This document shows, one piece after another, positions 12,202 to 21,617 of a stretch of DNA of 64,000 nucleotides (position 1 is its first letter; the number at the start of each line of letters is the position of its first letter). The position numbers and the translations under genes were made by a program. Origin of the DNA: Azolla caroliniana (lineage: Eukaryota; Plantae; Polypodiophyta). The notes below the pieces were generated by a model, which was not told the DNA's origin, did not search any database, and worked only from the letters and a program-made list of their open reading frames with translations. The stretch covers positions 13,578,001-13,642,000 of the forward strand of contig JBHGNT010000018.1 in the NCBI GenBank assembly GCA_043228905.1. The letters are read 5' to 3'.

Positions 12202-14873
12202 TGTGAACAATAGCGTGCGGAAGCTTGTAGACAAACCAGCTCAGCCGGATTACAACAATAAAATAGAGAATGGAGGTTTAATGGAAGCTTAAGAACACAG
12301 GATACACATGAGAGACAGAGAGAGTCGAAAGCATAAACTCAATTCAAAATAATAACACTTTGTATATAGAATGTGCTATTGTCCGCCGGAAGCGGACTAG
12401 TGGGAAAAGGGTAAGGAAAAGAACAAGAAGTGTATTATTATAGTAGGAGCGTTAAAAGAACGCATGTAACGAATCACACAGGAAGCGTAACCCGGTGTAT
12501 ATAAAGGGCATAGGAACATTGTACAAGCTAGCGTAGTTTTGAGCATAGTCGTTTAATACAGTTTCTGTCTTCTCTGATTTCGGTTTTAAGAGTTTCCTGT
12601 GTCGCTATTTCTGTGTCAATACCCAACGTCATTGTTTAAGGTGAGTAAGCGTCGTCGTGCATTTACGCATGGTAGGAGCTCGGTTGTAGCCATCTCCAAG
12701 TTCACGTCTTACCTATCGAACAATCAGTATGCTCTGTCGTTACACCACGTTGTAGCTACATAGAGTACGCGTGGCCATTCCCTGTACCATGATCTCCTTG
12801 AGCCTACCCCAAAGGACTGAGGGTATGCCGTGTTCCTTACTGGTAACACTTTTGGCATGCCTGGTGGTCTGTGCATCTTCGTAGCCGAGCACCAGGGGAT
12901 GGATGTCTAGCCGCCGATGAAATAGAGAACCGACTCGTCCAGATCGACCACAGATCAAGTCCCTCACTCGAAAGACAGAAGAACGTGCTACGTAGAAACC
13001 ACACCTTAGCGACCGCATCCCATCTTCCCTAGAGTATATAGTAGAATCCACACTCACCGAACAAAGCCGCACCGGGCAGGACTTTCGATCTACATCAGAT
13101 CAACAGAGTGACATTGCTTCTCACAGAAGCCCACACCACGGTAGCAGTAACCTCCAAAACACTACTGTAGCAACCAAAATGGCTTTTCCATATCCTCATT
13201 TAAGTGGCGATACTAACGCTGAAGGCCACATACAGTCGTTTCTCAATGTTTGGAATGCTAACCATATGTCGCAGCGACTTCTAGAGGCGGAAACCCATGC
13301 CTTGAAGATCACTGAGTTTGGGTTAACTTTGGATGGGCGAGCTGCACATTGGCATTTGCACCTTGACATCACGTCGTTCACTTCATTTGATCAGCTCCAA
13401 TCGTCATTCTTATGATTCTTCCATCGAAGTATTCCCCAGCGTGAGATTATCGGGTAATTCTGCATGATAGAGCAGTTGCAGCAAGAGTCCGTGGCGGATT
13501 TCAATTTGTGATTCCAGAGTTTACAACGACAGTTGACAAGCGCTTTGGAGGTGACCATGACAACCGCACCCAATGAAACACTTACCGCCACAGTAGCCAC
13601 TAAGGAAGAAGCGGTCCAACAAGAACCATGGCCGGACACATGCCCACTACAACCGTCGGAGCTTCAAAGCGACCTTGACCATACCTCCACATGCACGGAC
13701 CACGAGATATGGCCAAAGCCGTCCACAGAGACACTACGAGAGGAAACGTCGATCGAGCCAAAAAGTGACGAGCCCAGCCACATTACGGCGCCACCAGTTA
13801 CGACAAGAAACGACGAGCGCCCGGAGCCAAATATCCTCGATATTTTGGACAACGAGTAAAGAGAGGATGGGTCTGACATGCCAAGTGTTGTCCGCCGAAA
13901 GCAGACTAGTGGGAAAAGGGTAAGGAAAAGAACAAGAAGTGTATTATTATAGTACGAGCGTTAAAAAAATGCATGTAATGGATCATGCAGGAAGCGTAAC
14001 CCACTATGCCTTGTGTATATAAAGGGCATTATTAGGAACATTGTACAAGCTAGCGCAGTTTTGAGCATAGTTGTTTAATACAGTTTCTGTCTTCTCTAAT
14101 TTCAGTTTTAAGAGTTTCCCGTGTCGCGATTTCTGTGTCAATACCCAACGTCATTGTTTAAGGTGAGTAAGCATCCTCGTGCATTTAACGGTAGGAGCTC
14201 GGTTGTAGCCATCTCCAAGTTCACGTCTTACCTCATGAACAGTCAGTACGCTCTGTCATTAGACCACGTTGTAGCTGCGCATAGTACGTGTTCCTAACCA
14301 ATAACATGTGCTCAAAGAGCACTTTTATACAAGTCTGTATGGACTGACAGAAGTATTGACATGTACTTCAATGCTCAAACAAGCAACTGACACTGACTCC
14401 CAAAAATACGTACGCGTATTAGGCTAGATCCGTAGGCCTCTAATGGCCTACCGGTTACAATTTGATACGGCTTTGCGATCCAACTCCTGGTTCTGGATAC
14501 CATCCGAACACCTATCCGGTTCTCCGTTCAAGATACCGATCCGGATCCGGTTGAGCTTGTCCACTCAACACTCCCCCTCAAGCTCAACTTGAGGTTGGAT
14601 CGTGGTGTTAGTGTCTGTGGTAGTTGGTCCTCTCCTCTGGCTCTCCCTGAGGTCTTCCCGCCTTGCTCGAGCTCCTTGACCAGTCTAGTTCCACTTTCCA
14701 CGACCCGTCCGGTCCCACTCACCTTGACTTTCTCGGTCGGCTTGTCTGCTCATAAGGCCCATCTCAACTCCTTTGTTGTTCCAACTCCAGCACGTCTCGA
14801 CCCGTCGGTTCCTCCGTGTCGGTGTCGACTTCCGCTGCCTCCTTGTCTATTTGGCCTTTAGTTTATTTGGCTT
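12202..14873 (-). mobile_element. 3' LTR (12202-14570, interrupted), PPT and 3' tail of a Bryco-like copia
   Basis: The reverse complement resembles the LTRs at 30311-30760 and 42156. PPT TGAGGGGGAG on the minus strand at 14571-14580. Confidence 0.8.
12377..14306 (+). mobile_element. TRIM-like internal-deletion derivative of the gypsy family at 50241-59314
   Basis: LTRs at 12377-12848 and 13886-14306. 5-bp TSD TGTGC. PBS TGGCATGCCTGGTGG at 12853. The gag N-terminus (13179-) is fused to the tail of the 3' extra ORF. Confidence 0.88.
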
Positions 14874-15744
14874 TGTTACCGGCTGGCAAGAAGGCTTAAG
14901 GAGGTCCAAATCAGAGTGTGAAAAGGAATAGTTTATTCGGGAACTGTTTTAATTAATAATCTTAAAATATATAGTAATATATGAGAAGATGTGGACAGAC
15001 GGACCTGAATCGGTATGCCGATCCGGATCAGGAACGATCCCGTAAAGGTGCCGGTTGGCACCATTTTGTATTTCGCACCGGAGACCTATATAAAGGCCCG
15101 GTTACAATGTAATCGAGAGCGGATAATTAATAGAACTTATTGCCTTAATCTGTCAGTGTTGATTACTGTTCTGTGCTTATTGTATATCTTACGCGTTGTC
15201 GTGCCTTTCGGCTCCGGATCGTTGCGTGAGTCGGGTGGGAACCGCCGAGGTTTTGGACTAGGAGGAAGAAAAATACAAATAAGGCTAGTAAAGAATAGGT
15301 ATAAAGAGTTATAAGATAAGAATCTCGTGAATCCCACGAGTTTAGTATATTTAGTCAATATTTAGGTAGTAAGAGAGAATTATTTTAGCAAATTCGTGAA
15401 TCCCACGAATATTTTAGATTGATTGATCATTATAGAAAAATAATCAACAAAAACTACAATGTGCTCCCCATCCTTATATAGTGATGGGAGAGACTAAGCA
15501 TAACTACATGCTTTTTCTAATATGTTCATGCACACTAAATGTGCATGTGATGCTTTTCTAATCCTTGCTTTTATTTGCTAAATATAGTGCTCATGCACGC
15601 TAGATGTGCATGAGTCACTTTTTTGTTGCTTGCGTTTTTCTATAAAATATTCACGCACTCTAAAAAATGCACGATTTACCTTTTAATAAAGGTAGGCGCA
15701 AATAAAGCACTTATAGTTATTAAATCTATTTATAGAACACTAAA

Positions 15745-15845
15745 GATAAGGTAGCATAATGGTAAAGTTAAGGTTTGGCTACGTGGAGGTACAGGGTTCA
15801 AATCCTGCCCTATGCACGTGATAAATATCTTGATATATTATTTTA
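15745..15845 (+). promoter_or_regulatory. tRNA-like Pol III internal promoter in the LTR (also ~17898-17998, 20051-20151, 22204-22304)
   Basis: A box TAGCATAATGG at 15752-15762 and B box GGTTCAAATCC at 15795-15805, with tRNA-like spacing. CAGG/CCTG T-stem. TTTT run near 15841. Confidence 0.6.
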
Positions 15846-15869
15846 TTTATTTATATGTAATTAAAGCGG

Positions 15870-16967
15870 TTATATTATTTTTACTTTTTCACGTAGTGTA
15901 CGAAATACACTACGACACTCGCCCCCTCCGAACCCGCACATCCTCCGGTATGTGCCGAAGTTGCCGATGCTCGTTATCTCCCCTTCATCCTCCGTTTGTC
16001 CCGCTATGTCAACTTTGTCTCTCCATTTTGAGTAGACCCATTCTTTCCACCCGAACCATTGTCGCCATCCGATCCACCATATTCTTTGTTCATTCTTTGC
16101 ATTGCCATGAGTGGTTGTCATGGTCCCTTGTGGTACTCTTGAGCATCTCGGTGTGTTGTCTCTCTCCACTCCGCGCTTGTCTTCCGTAGGTTCTACCCAC
16201 GCGTCGATGTCGACCTCCGAATACGCGCTCGCTGTTAGGTCCTTGTGCGGCTTTAATGCATGCTTTATTTCTCGATGTTGCGCATGCGTCGTATTAGGCC
16301 GTAGCGCATGCTTCGTATTCCATCGTAGTGCATGCGTCGTATTACCCCGTAGTGCATGCTTATTTTTGCACCGTAGCGTGTGCTTCTTTTTGCGCCGTAG
16401 CGTGTGCTTCTCTTTACGCCGTAGCACGTGCTTCTTTTGGTGCCGTAGTGCGTGCTCCGTATTACATGCTTCTCCCATCGTAGACCCGACCTTCGCGTTG
16501 TCATGCTTTTGTTTACATCGGAATTTCAGACGGATCATCTTCCATCCGAACCGGCTTCCGACTTTACCTTCCTTGTTGCCACCTCCCGTCTCTCCGGTCT
16601 CACGTTGGTTCTCGGACACAACCGCCGAAGTCTCTAGAATTAGTGGGTAGGAATCCTCGGTATTATCATCTTCCGTTGTTTCACCCATAGCCATGTTCTC
16701 CTTGGCTATCTCTCCTTCGTATGCATCGGCTTCGACCTTCGTTTCGTTGCCGCCACTTTCCTTATCTTCGGTGTTATGTCGACACCCGGGCTCCAGTACC
16801 GAAGTCTCCGAAACAATGGTGAAGGAATCCCTTCGTTCGTGCTCATTTACTTTGTCTTCCTCGTTGCCCTTCCGGTCCTCCACTTTTCCACCGACACATT
16901 CCGTCTCTCCTTCGGTGGTAGTCGGTGGCCGCTTTTCACCCACTGTTGACCGCCGTTCGTGGACCAT
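15870..16967 (-). CDS. 365-aa low-complexity ORF2 (acidic N-terminus, basic 8-aa repeats), unit 1
   Basis: Open ORF overlapping the end of gag in another frame. Identical in unit 3. Confidence 0.45.
   Translation of the reverse strand: MVHERRSTVGEKRPPTTTEGETECVGGKVEDRKGNEEDKVNEHERRDSFTIVSETSVLEPGCRHNTEDKESGGNETKVEADAYEGEIAKENMAMGETTEDDNTEDSYPLILETSAVVSENQRETGETGGGNKEGKVGSRFGWKMIRLKFRCKQKHDNAKVGSTMGEACNTEHALRHQKKHVLRRKEKHTLRRKKKHTLRCKNKHALRGNTTHALRWNTKHALRPNTTHAQHREIKHALKPHKDLTASAYSEVDIDAWVEPTEDKRGVERDNTPRCSRVPQGTMTTTHGNAKNEQRIWWIGWRQWFGWKEWVYSKWRDKVDIAGQTEDEGEITSIGNFGTYRRMCGFGGGECRSVFRTLREKVKII
16245..16465 (-). repeat. About 9 x 24-bp tandem repeat encoding (K/T)H(A/T)LRxxx
   Basis: CCGTAGCGTGTGCTTC-like units every 24 bp, present in all three array units. 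Confidence 0.85.
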
Positions 16968-17311
16968 GTCCTCGTCCGCTTCGGTCTTAGATAGTCATAT
17001 GTGTCTCGTATAGCTTCTTCAAAGGACTCCCACATCGGGCTTTGTTGTCGTATCTCGTGGATTCTCTCTTGAAGCTCATCCGTAGCCACCCGGTTGAAAG
17101 ATAACACTTGCAATCTTTCTGAGATACCATATCGCAACATCTCCGTTTTGTAGTCACGTAGATAGCGTGACACGTCCTTTCCATCGAATTGCCCGTTCTG
17201 TTGCACGAGCCGTTGTACTACTGTCGTGATCTCCGACATCTCGCGTTGTTCTTGTAGCATTCTCTCGAACATCATCATCATCATGTTCATCGCCTCTTGT
17301 TGATTCTCCAT
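16847..17311 (-). CDS. gag: Truncated gypsy-type gag, unit 1
   Basis: GQFDGKDVSRYLRDYKTEM..WESFEEAI..QQWVKS, homologous to the gag at 63552-63863. The ATG follows the PBS. Confidence 0.75.
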   Translation of the reverse strand: MENQQEAMNMMMMMFERMLQEQREMSEITTVVQRLVQQNGQFDGKDVSRYLRDYKTEMLRYGISERLQVLSFNRVATDELQERIHEIRQQSPMWESFEEAIRDTYDYLRPKRTRTWSTNGGQQWVKSGHRLPPKERRNVSVEKWRTGRATRKTK

Positions 17312-17328
17312 CTCCTTGCCACCCGCCT

Positions 17329-17345
17329 TCACGTCGGGTTCACCA
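17329..17345 (-). promoter_or_regulatory. PBS complementary to tRNA-Trp (also 19482-19498, 21635-21651)
   Basis: TGGTGAACCCGACGTGA lies 4 nt inside the LTR. It matches the plant tRNA-Trp 3' end ..TCACGTCGGGTTCACCA as recalled, not database-checked. Confidence 0.8.
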
Positions 17346-18199
17346 ACTGTGTCGTGCCTTTCGGCTCCGGATCGTTGCGTGAGTCGGGTGGGAACCGCCG
17401 AGGTTTTGGACTAGGAGGAAGAAAAATACAAATAAGGCTAGTAAAGAATAGGTATAAAGAGTTATAAGATAAGAATCTCGTGAATCCCACGAGTTTAGTA
17501 TATTTAGTCAATATTTAGGTAGTAAGAGAGAATTATTTTAGCAAATTCGTGAATCCCACGAATATTTTAGATTGATTGATCATTATAGAAAAATAATCAA
17601 CAAAAACTACAATGTGCTCCCCATCCTTATATAGTGATGGGAGAGACTAAGCATAACTACATGCTTTTTCTAATATGTTCATGCACACTAAATGTGCATG
17701 TGATGCTTTTCTAATCCTTGCTTTTATTTGCTAAATATAGTGCTCATGCACGCTAGATGTGCATGAGTCACTTTTTTGTTGCTTGCGTTTTTCTATAAAA
17801 TATTCACGCACTCTAAAAAATGCACGATTTACCTTTTAATAAAGGTAGGCGCAAATAAAGCACTTATAGTTATTAAATCTATTTATAGAACACTAAAGAT
17901 AAGGTAGCATAATGGTAAAGTTAAGGTTTGGCTACGTGGAGGTACAGGGTTCAAATCCTGCCCTATGCACGTGATAAATATCTTGATATATTATTTTATT
18001 TATTTATATGTAATTAAAGCGGTTATATTATTTTTACTTTTTCACGTAGTGTACGAAATACACTACGACACTCGCCCCCTCCGAACCCGCACATCCTCCG
18101 GTATGTGCCGAAGTTGCCGATGCTCGTTATCTCCCCTTCATCCTCCGTTTGTCCCGCTATGTCAACTTTGTCTCTCCATTTTGAGTAGACCCATTCTTT

Positions 18200-19120
18200 T
18201 CACCCGAACCATTGTCGCCATCCGATCCACCATATTCTTTGTTCATTCTTTGCATTGCCATGAGTGGTTGTCATGGTCCCTTGTGGTACTCTTGAGCATC
18301 TCGGTGTGTTGTCTCTCTCCACTCCGCGCTTGTCTTCCGTAGGTTCTACCCACGCGTCGATGTCGACCTCCGAATACGCGCTCGCTGTTAGGTCCTTGTG
18401 CGGCTTTAATGCATGCTTTATTTCTCGATGTTGCGCATGCGTCGTATTAGGCCGTAGCGCATGCTTCGTATTCCATCGTAGTGCATGCGTCGTATTACCC
18501 CGTAGTGCATGCTTATTTTTGCACCGTAGCGTGTGCTTCTTTTTGCGCCGTAGCGTGTGCTTCTCTTTACGCCGTAGCACGTGCTTCTTTTGGTGCCGTA
18601 GTGCGTGCTCCGTATTACATGCTTCTCCCATCGTAGACCCGACCTTCGCGTTGTCATGCTTTTGTTTACATCGGAATTTCAGACGGATCATCTTCCATCC
18701 GAACCGGCTTCCGACTTTACCTTCCTTGTTGCCACCTCCCGTCTCTCCGGTCTCACGTTGGTTCTCGGACACAACCGCCGAAGTCTCTAGAATTAGTGGG
18801 TAGGAATCCTCGGTATTATCATCTTCCGTTGTTTCACCCATAGCCATGTTCTCCTTGGCTATCTCTCCTTCGTATGCATCGGCTTCGACCTTCGTTTCGT
18901 TGCCGCCACTTTCCTTATCTTCGGTGTTATGTCGACACCCGGGCTCCAGTACCGAAGTCTCCGAAACAATGGTGAAGGAATCCCTTCGTTCGTGCTCATT
19001 TACTTTGTCTTCCTCGTTGCCCTTCCGGTCCTCCACTTTTCCACCGACACATTCCGTCTCTCCTTCGGTGGTAGTCGGTGGCCGCTTTTCACCCACTGTT
19101 GACCGCCGTTCGTGGACCAT
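18200..19120 (-). pseudogene. ORF2 unit 2, truncated by a TGG>TGA SNP at 18200
   Basis: A single substitution relative to units 1 and 3 gives 306 aa. Confidence 0.45.
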
Positions 19121-19464
19121 GTCCTCGTCCGCTTCGGTCTTAGATAGTCATATGTGTCTCGTATAGCTTCTTCAAAGGACTCCCACATCGGGCTTTGTTG
19201 TCGTATCTCGTGGATTCTCTCTTGAAGCTCATCCGTAGCCACCCGGTTGAAAGATAACACTTGCAATCTTTCTGAGATACCATATCGCAACATCTCCGTT
19301 TTGTAGTCACGTAGATAGCGTGACACGTCCTTTCCATCGAATTGCCCGTTCTGTTGCACGAGCCGTTGTACTACTGTCGTGATCTCCGACATCTCGCGTT
19401 GTTCTTGTAGCATTCTCTCGAACATCATCATCATCATGTTCATCGCCTCTTGTTGATTCTCCAT
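19000..19464 (-). CDS. gag: Truncated gag, unit 2
   Basis: Identical translation to unit 1. Confidence 0.75.
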   Translation of the reverse strand: MENQQEAMNMMMMMFERMLQEQREMSEITTVVQRLVQQNGQFDGKDVSRYLRDYKTEMLRYGISERLQVLSFNRVATDELQERIHEIRQQSPMWESFEEAIRDTYDYLRPKRTRTWSTNGGQQWVKSGHRLPPKERRNVSVEKWRTGRATRKTK

Positions 19465-20175
19465 CTCCTTGCCACCCGCCTTCACGTCGGGTTCACCAAC
19501 TGTGTCGTGCCTTTCGGCTCCGGATCGTTGCGTGAGTCGGGTGGGAACCGCCGAGGTTTTGGACTAGGAGGAAGAAAAATACAAATAAGGCTAGTAAAGA
19601 ATAGGTATAAAGAGTTATAAGATAAGAATCTCGTGAATCCCACGAGTTTAGTATATTTAGTCAATATTTAGGTAGTAAGAGAGAATTATTTTAGCAAATT
19701 CGTGAATCCCACGAATATTTTAGATTGATTGATCATTATAGAAAAATAATCAACAAAAACTACAATGTGCTCCCCATCCTTATATAGTGATGGGAGAGAC
19801 TAAGCATAACTACATGCTTTTTCTAATATGTTCATGCACACTAAATGTGCATGTGATGCTTTTCTAATCCTTGCTTTTATTTGCTAAATATAGTGCTCAT
19901 GCACGCTAGATGTGCATGAGTCACTTTTTTGTTGCTTGCGTTTTTCTATAAAATATTCACGCACTCTAAAAAATGCACGATTTACCTTTTAATAAAGGTA
20001 GGCGCAAATAAAGCACTTATAGTTATTAAATCTATTTATAGAACACTAAAGATAAGGTAGCATAATGGTAAAGTTAAGGTTTGGCTACGTGGAGGTACAG
20101 GGTTCAAATCCTGCCCTATGCACGTGATAAATATCTTGATATATTATTTTATTTATTTATATGTAATTAAAGCGG

Positions 20176-21273
20176 TTATATTATTTTTACTTTTTCACGT
20201 AGTGTACGAAATACACTACGACACTCGCCCCCTCCGAACCCGCACATCCTCCGGTATGTGCCGAAGTTGCCGATGCTCGTTATCTCCCCTTCATCCTCCG
20301 TTTGTCCCGCTATGTCAACTTTGTCTCTCCATTTTGAGTAGACCCATTCTTTCCACCCGAACCATTGTCGCCATCCGATCCACCATATTCTTTGTTCATT
20401 CTTTGCATTGCCATGAGTGGTTGTCATGGTCCCTTGTGGTACTCTTGAGCATCTCGGTGTGTTGTCTCTCTCCACTCCGCGCTTGTCTTCCGTAGGTTCT
20501 ACCCACGCGTCGATGTCGACCTCCGAATACGCGCTCGCTGTTAGGTCCTTGTGCGGCTTTAATGCATGCTTTATTTCTCGATGTTGCGCATGCGTCGTAT
20601 TAGGCCGTAGCGCATGCTTCGTATTCCATCGTAGTGCATGCGTCGTATTACCCCGTAGTGCATGCTTATTTTTGCACCGTAGCGTGTGCTTCTTTTTGCG
20701 CCGTAGCGTGTGCTTCTCTTTACGCCGTAGCACGTGCTTCTTTTGGTGCCGTAGTGCGTGCTCCGTATTACATGCTTCTCCCATCGTAGACCCGACCTTC
20801 GCGTTGTCATGCTTTTGTTTACATCGGAATTTCAGACGGATCATCTTCCATCCGAACCGGCTTCCGACTTTACCTTCCTTGTTGCCACCTCCCGTCTCTC
20901 CGGTCTCACGTTGGTTCTCGGACACAACCGCCGAAGTCTCTAGAATTAGTGGGTAGGAATCCTCGGTATTATCATCTTCCGTTGTTTCACCCATAGCCAT
21001 GTTCTCCTTGGCTATCTCTCCTTCGTATGCATCGGCTTCGACCTTCGTTTCGTTGCCGCCACTTTCCTTATCTTCGGTGTTATGTCGACACCCGGGCTCC
21101 AGTACCGAAGTCTCCGAAACAATGGTGAAGGAATCCCTTCGTTCGTGCTCATTTACTTTGTCTTCCTCGTTGCCCTTCCGGTCCTCCACTTTTCCACCGA
21201 CACATTCCGTCTCTCCTTCGGTGGTAGTCGGTGGCCGCTTTTCACCCACTGTTGACCGCCGTTCGTGGACCAT
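20176..21273 (-). CDS. 365-aa ORF2, unit 3
   Basis: Identical translation to unit 1. Confidence 0.45.
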   Translation of the reverse strand: MVHERRSTVGEKRPPTTTEGETECVGGKVEDRKGNEEDKVNEHERRDSFTIVSETSVLEPGCRHNTEDKESGGNETKVEADAYEGEIAKENMAMGETTEDDNTEDSYPLILETSAVVSENQRETGETGGGNKEGKVGSRFGWKMIRLKFRCKQKHDNAKVGSTMGEACNTEHALRHQKKHVLRRKEKHTLRRKKKHTLRCKNKHALRGNTTHALRWNTKHALRPNTTHAQHREIKHALKPHKDLTASAYSEVDIDAWVEPTEDKRGVERDNTPRCSRVPQGTMTTTHGNAKNEQRIWWIGWRQWFGWKEWVYSKWRDKVDIAGQTEDEGEITSIGNFGTYRRMCGFGGGECRSVFRTLREKVKII

Positions 21274-21617
21274 GTCCTCGTCCGCTTCGGTCTTAGATAG
21301 TCATATGTGTCTCGTATAGCTTCTTCAAAGGACTCCCACATCGGGCTTTGTTGTCGTATCTCGTGGATTCTCTCTTGAAGCTCATCCGTAGCCACCCGGT
21401 TGAAAGATAACACTTGCAATCTTTCTGAGATACCATATCGCAACATCTCCGTTTTGTAGTCACGTAGATAGCGTGACACGTCCTTTCCATCGAATTGCCC
21501 GTTCTGTTGCACGAGCCGTTGTACTACTGTCGTGATCTCCGACATCTCGCGTTGTTCTTGTAGCATTCTCTCGAACATCATCATCATCATGTTCATCGCC
21601 TCTTGTTGATTCTCCAT
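21153..21617 (-). CDS. gag: Truncated gag, unit 3
   Basis: Identical translation to unit 1. Confidence 0.75.
   Translation of the reverse strand: MENQQEAMNMMMMMFERMLQEQREMSEITTVVQRLVQQNGQFDGKDVSRYLRDYKTEMLRYGISERLQVLSFNRVATDELQERIHEIRQQSPMWESFEEAIRDTYDYLRPKRTRTWSTNGGQQWVKSGHRLPPKERRNVSVEKWRTGRATRKTK

Noticed and set aside
15745-15820. Functional tRNA gene
   Set aside because: No convincing acceptor or anticodon stem. Only the promoter boxes and T-arm are retained.
16111-16650. Cys-rich 179-aa plus-strand ORF (three copies)
   Set aside because: It is the antisense shadow of the 24-bp repeat and has no independent support.
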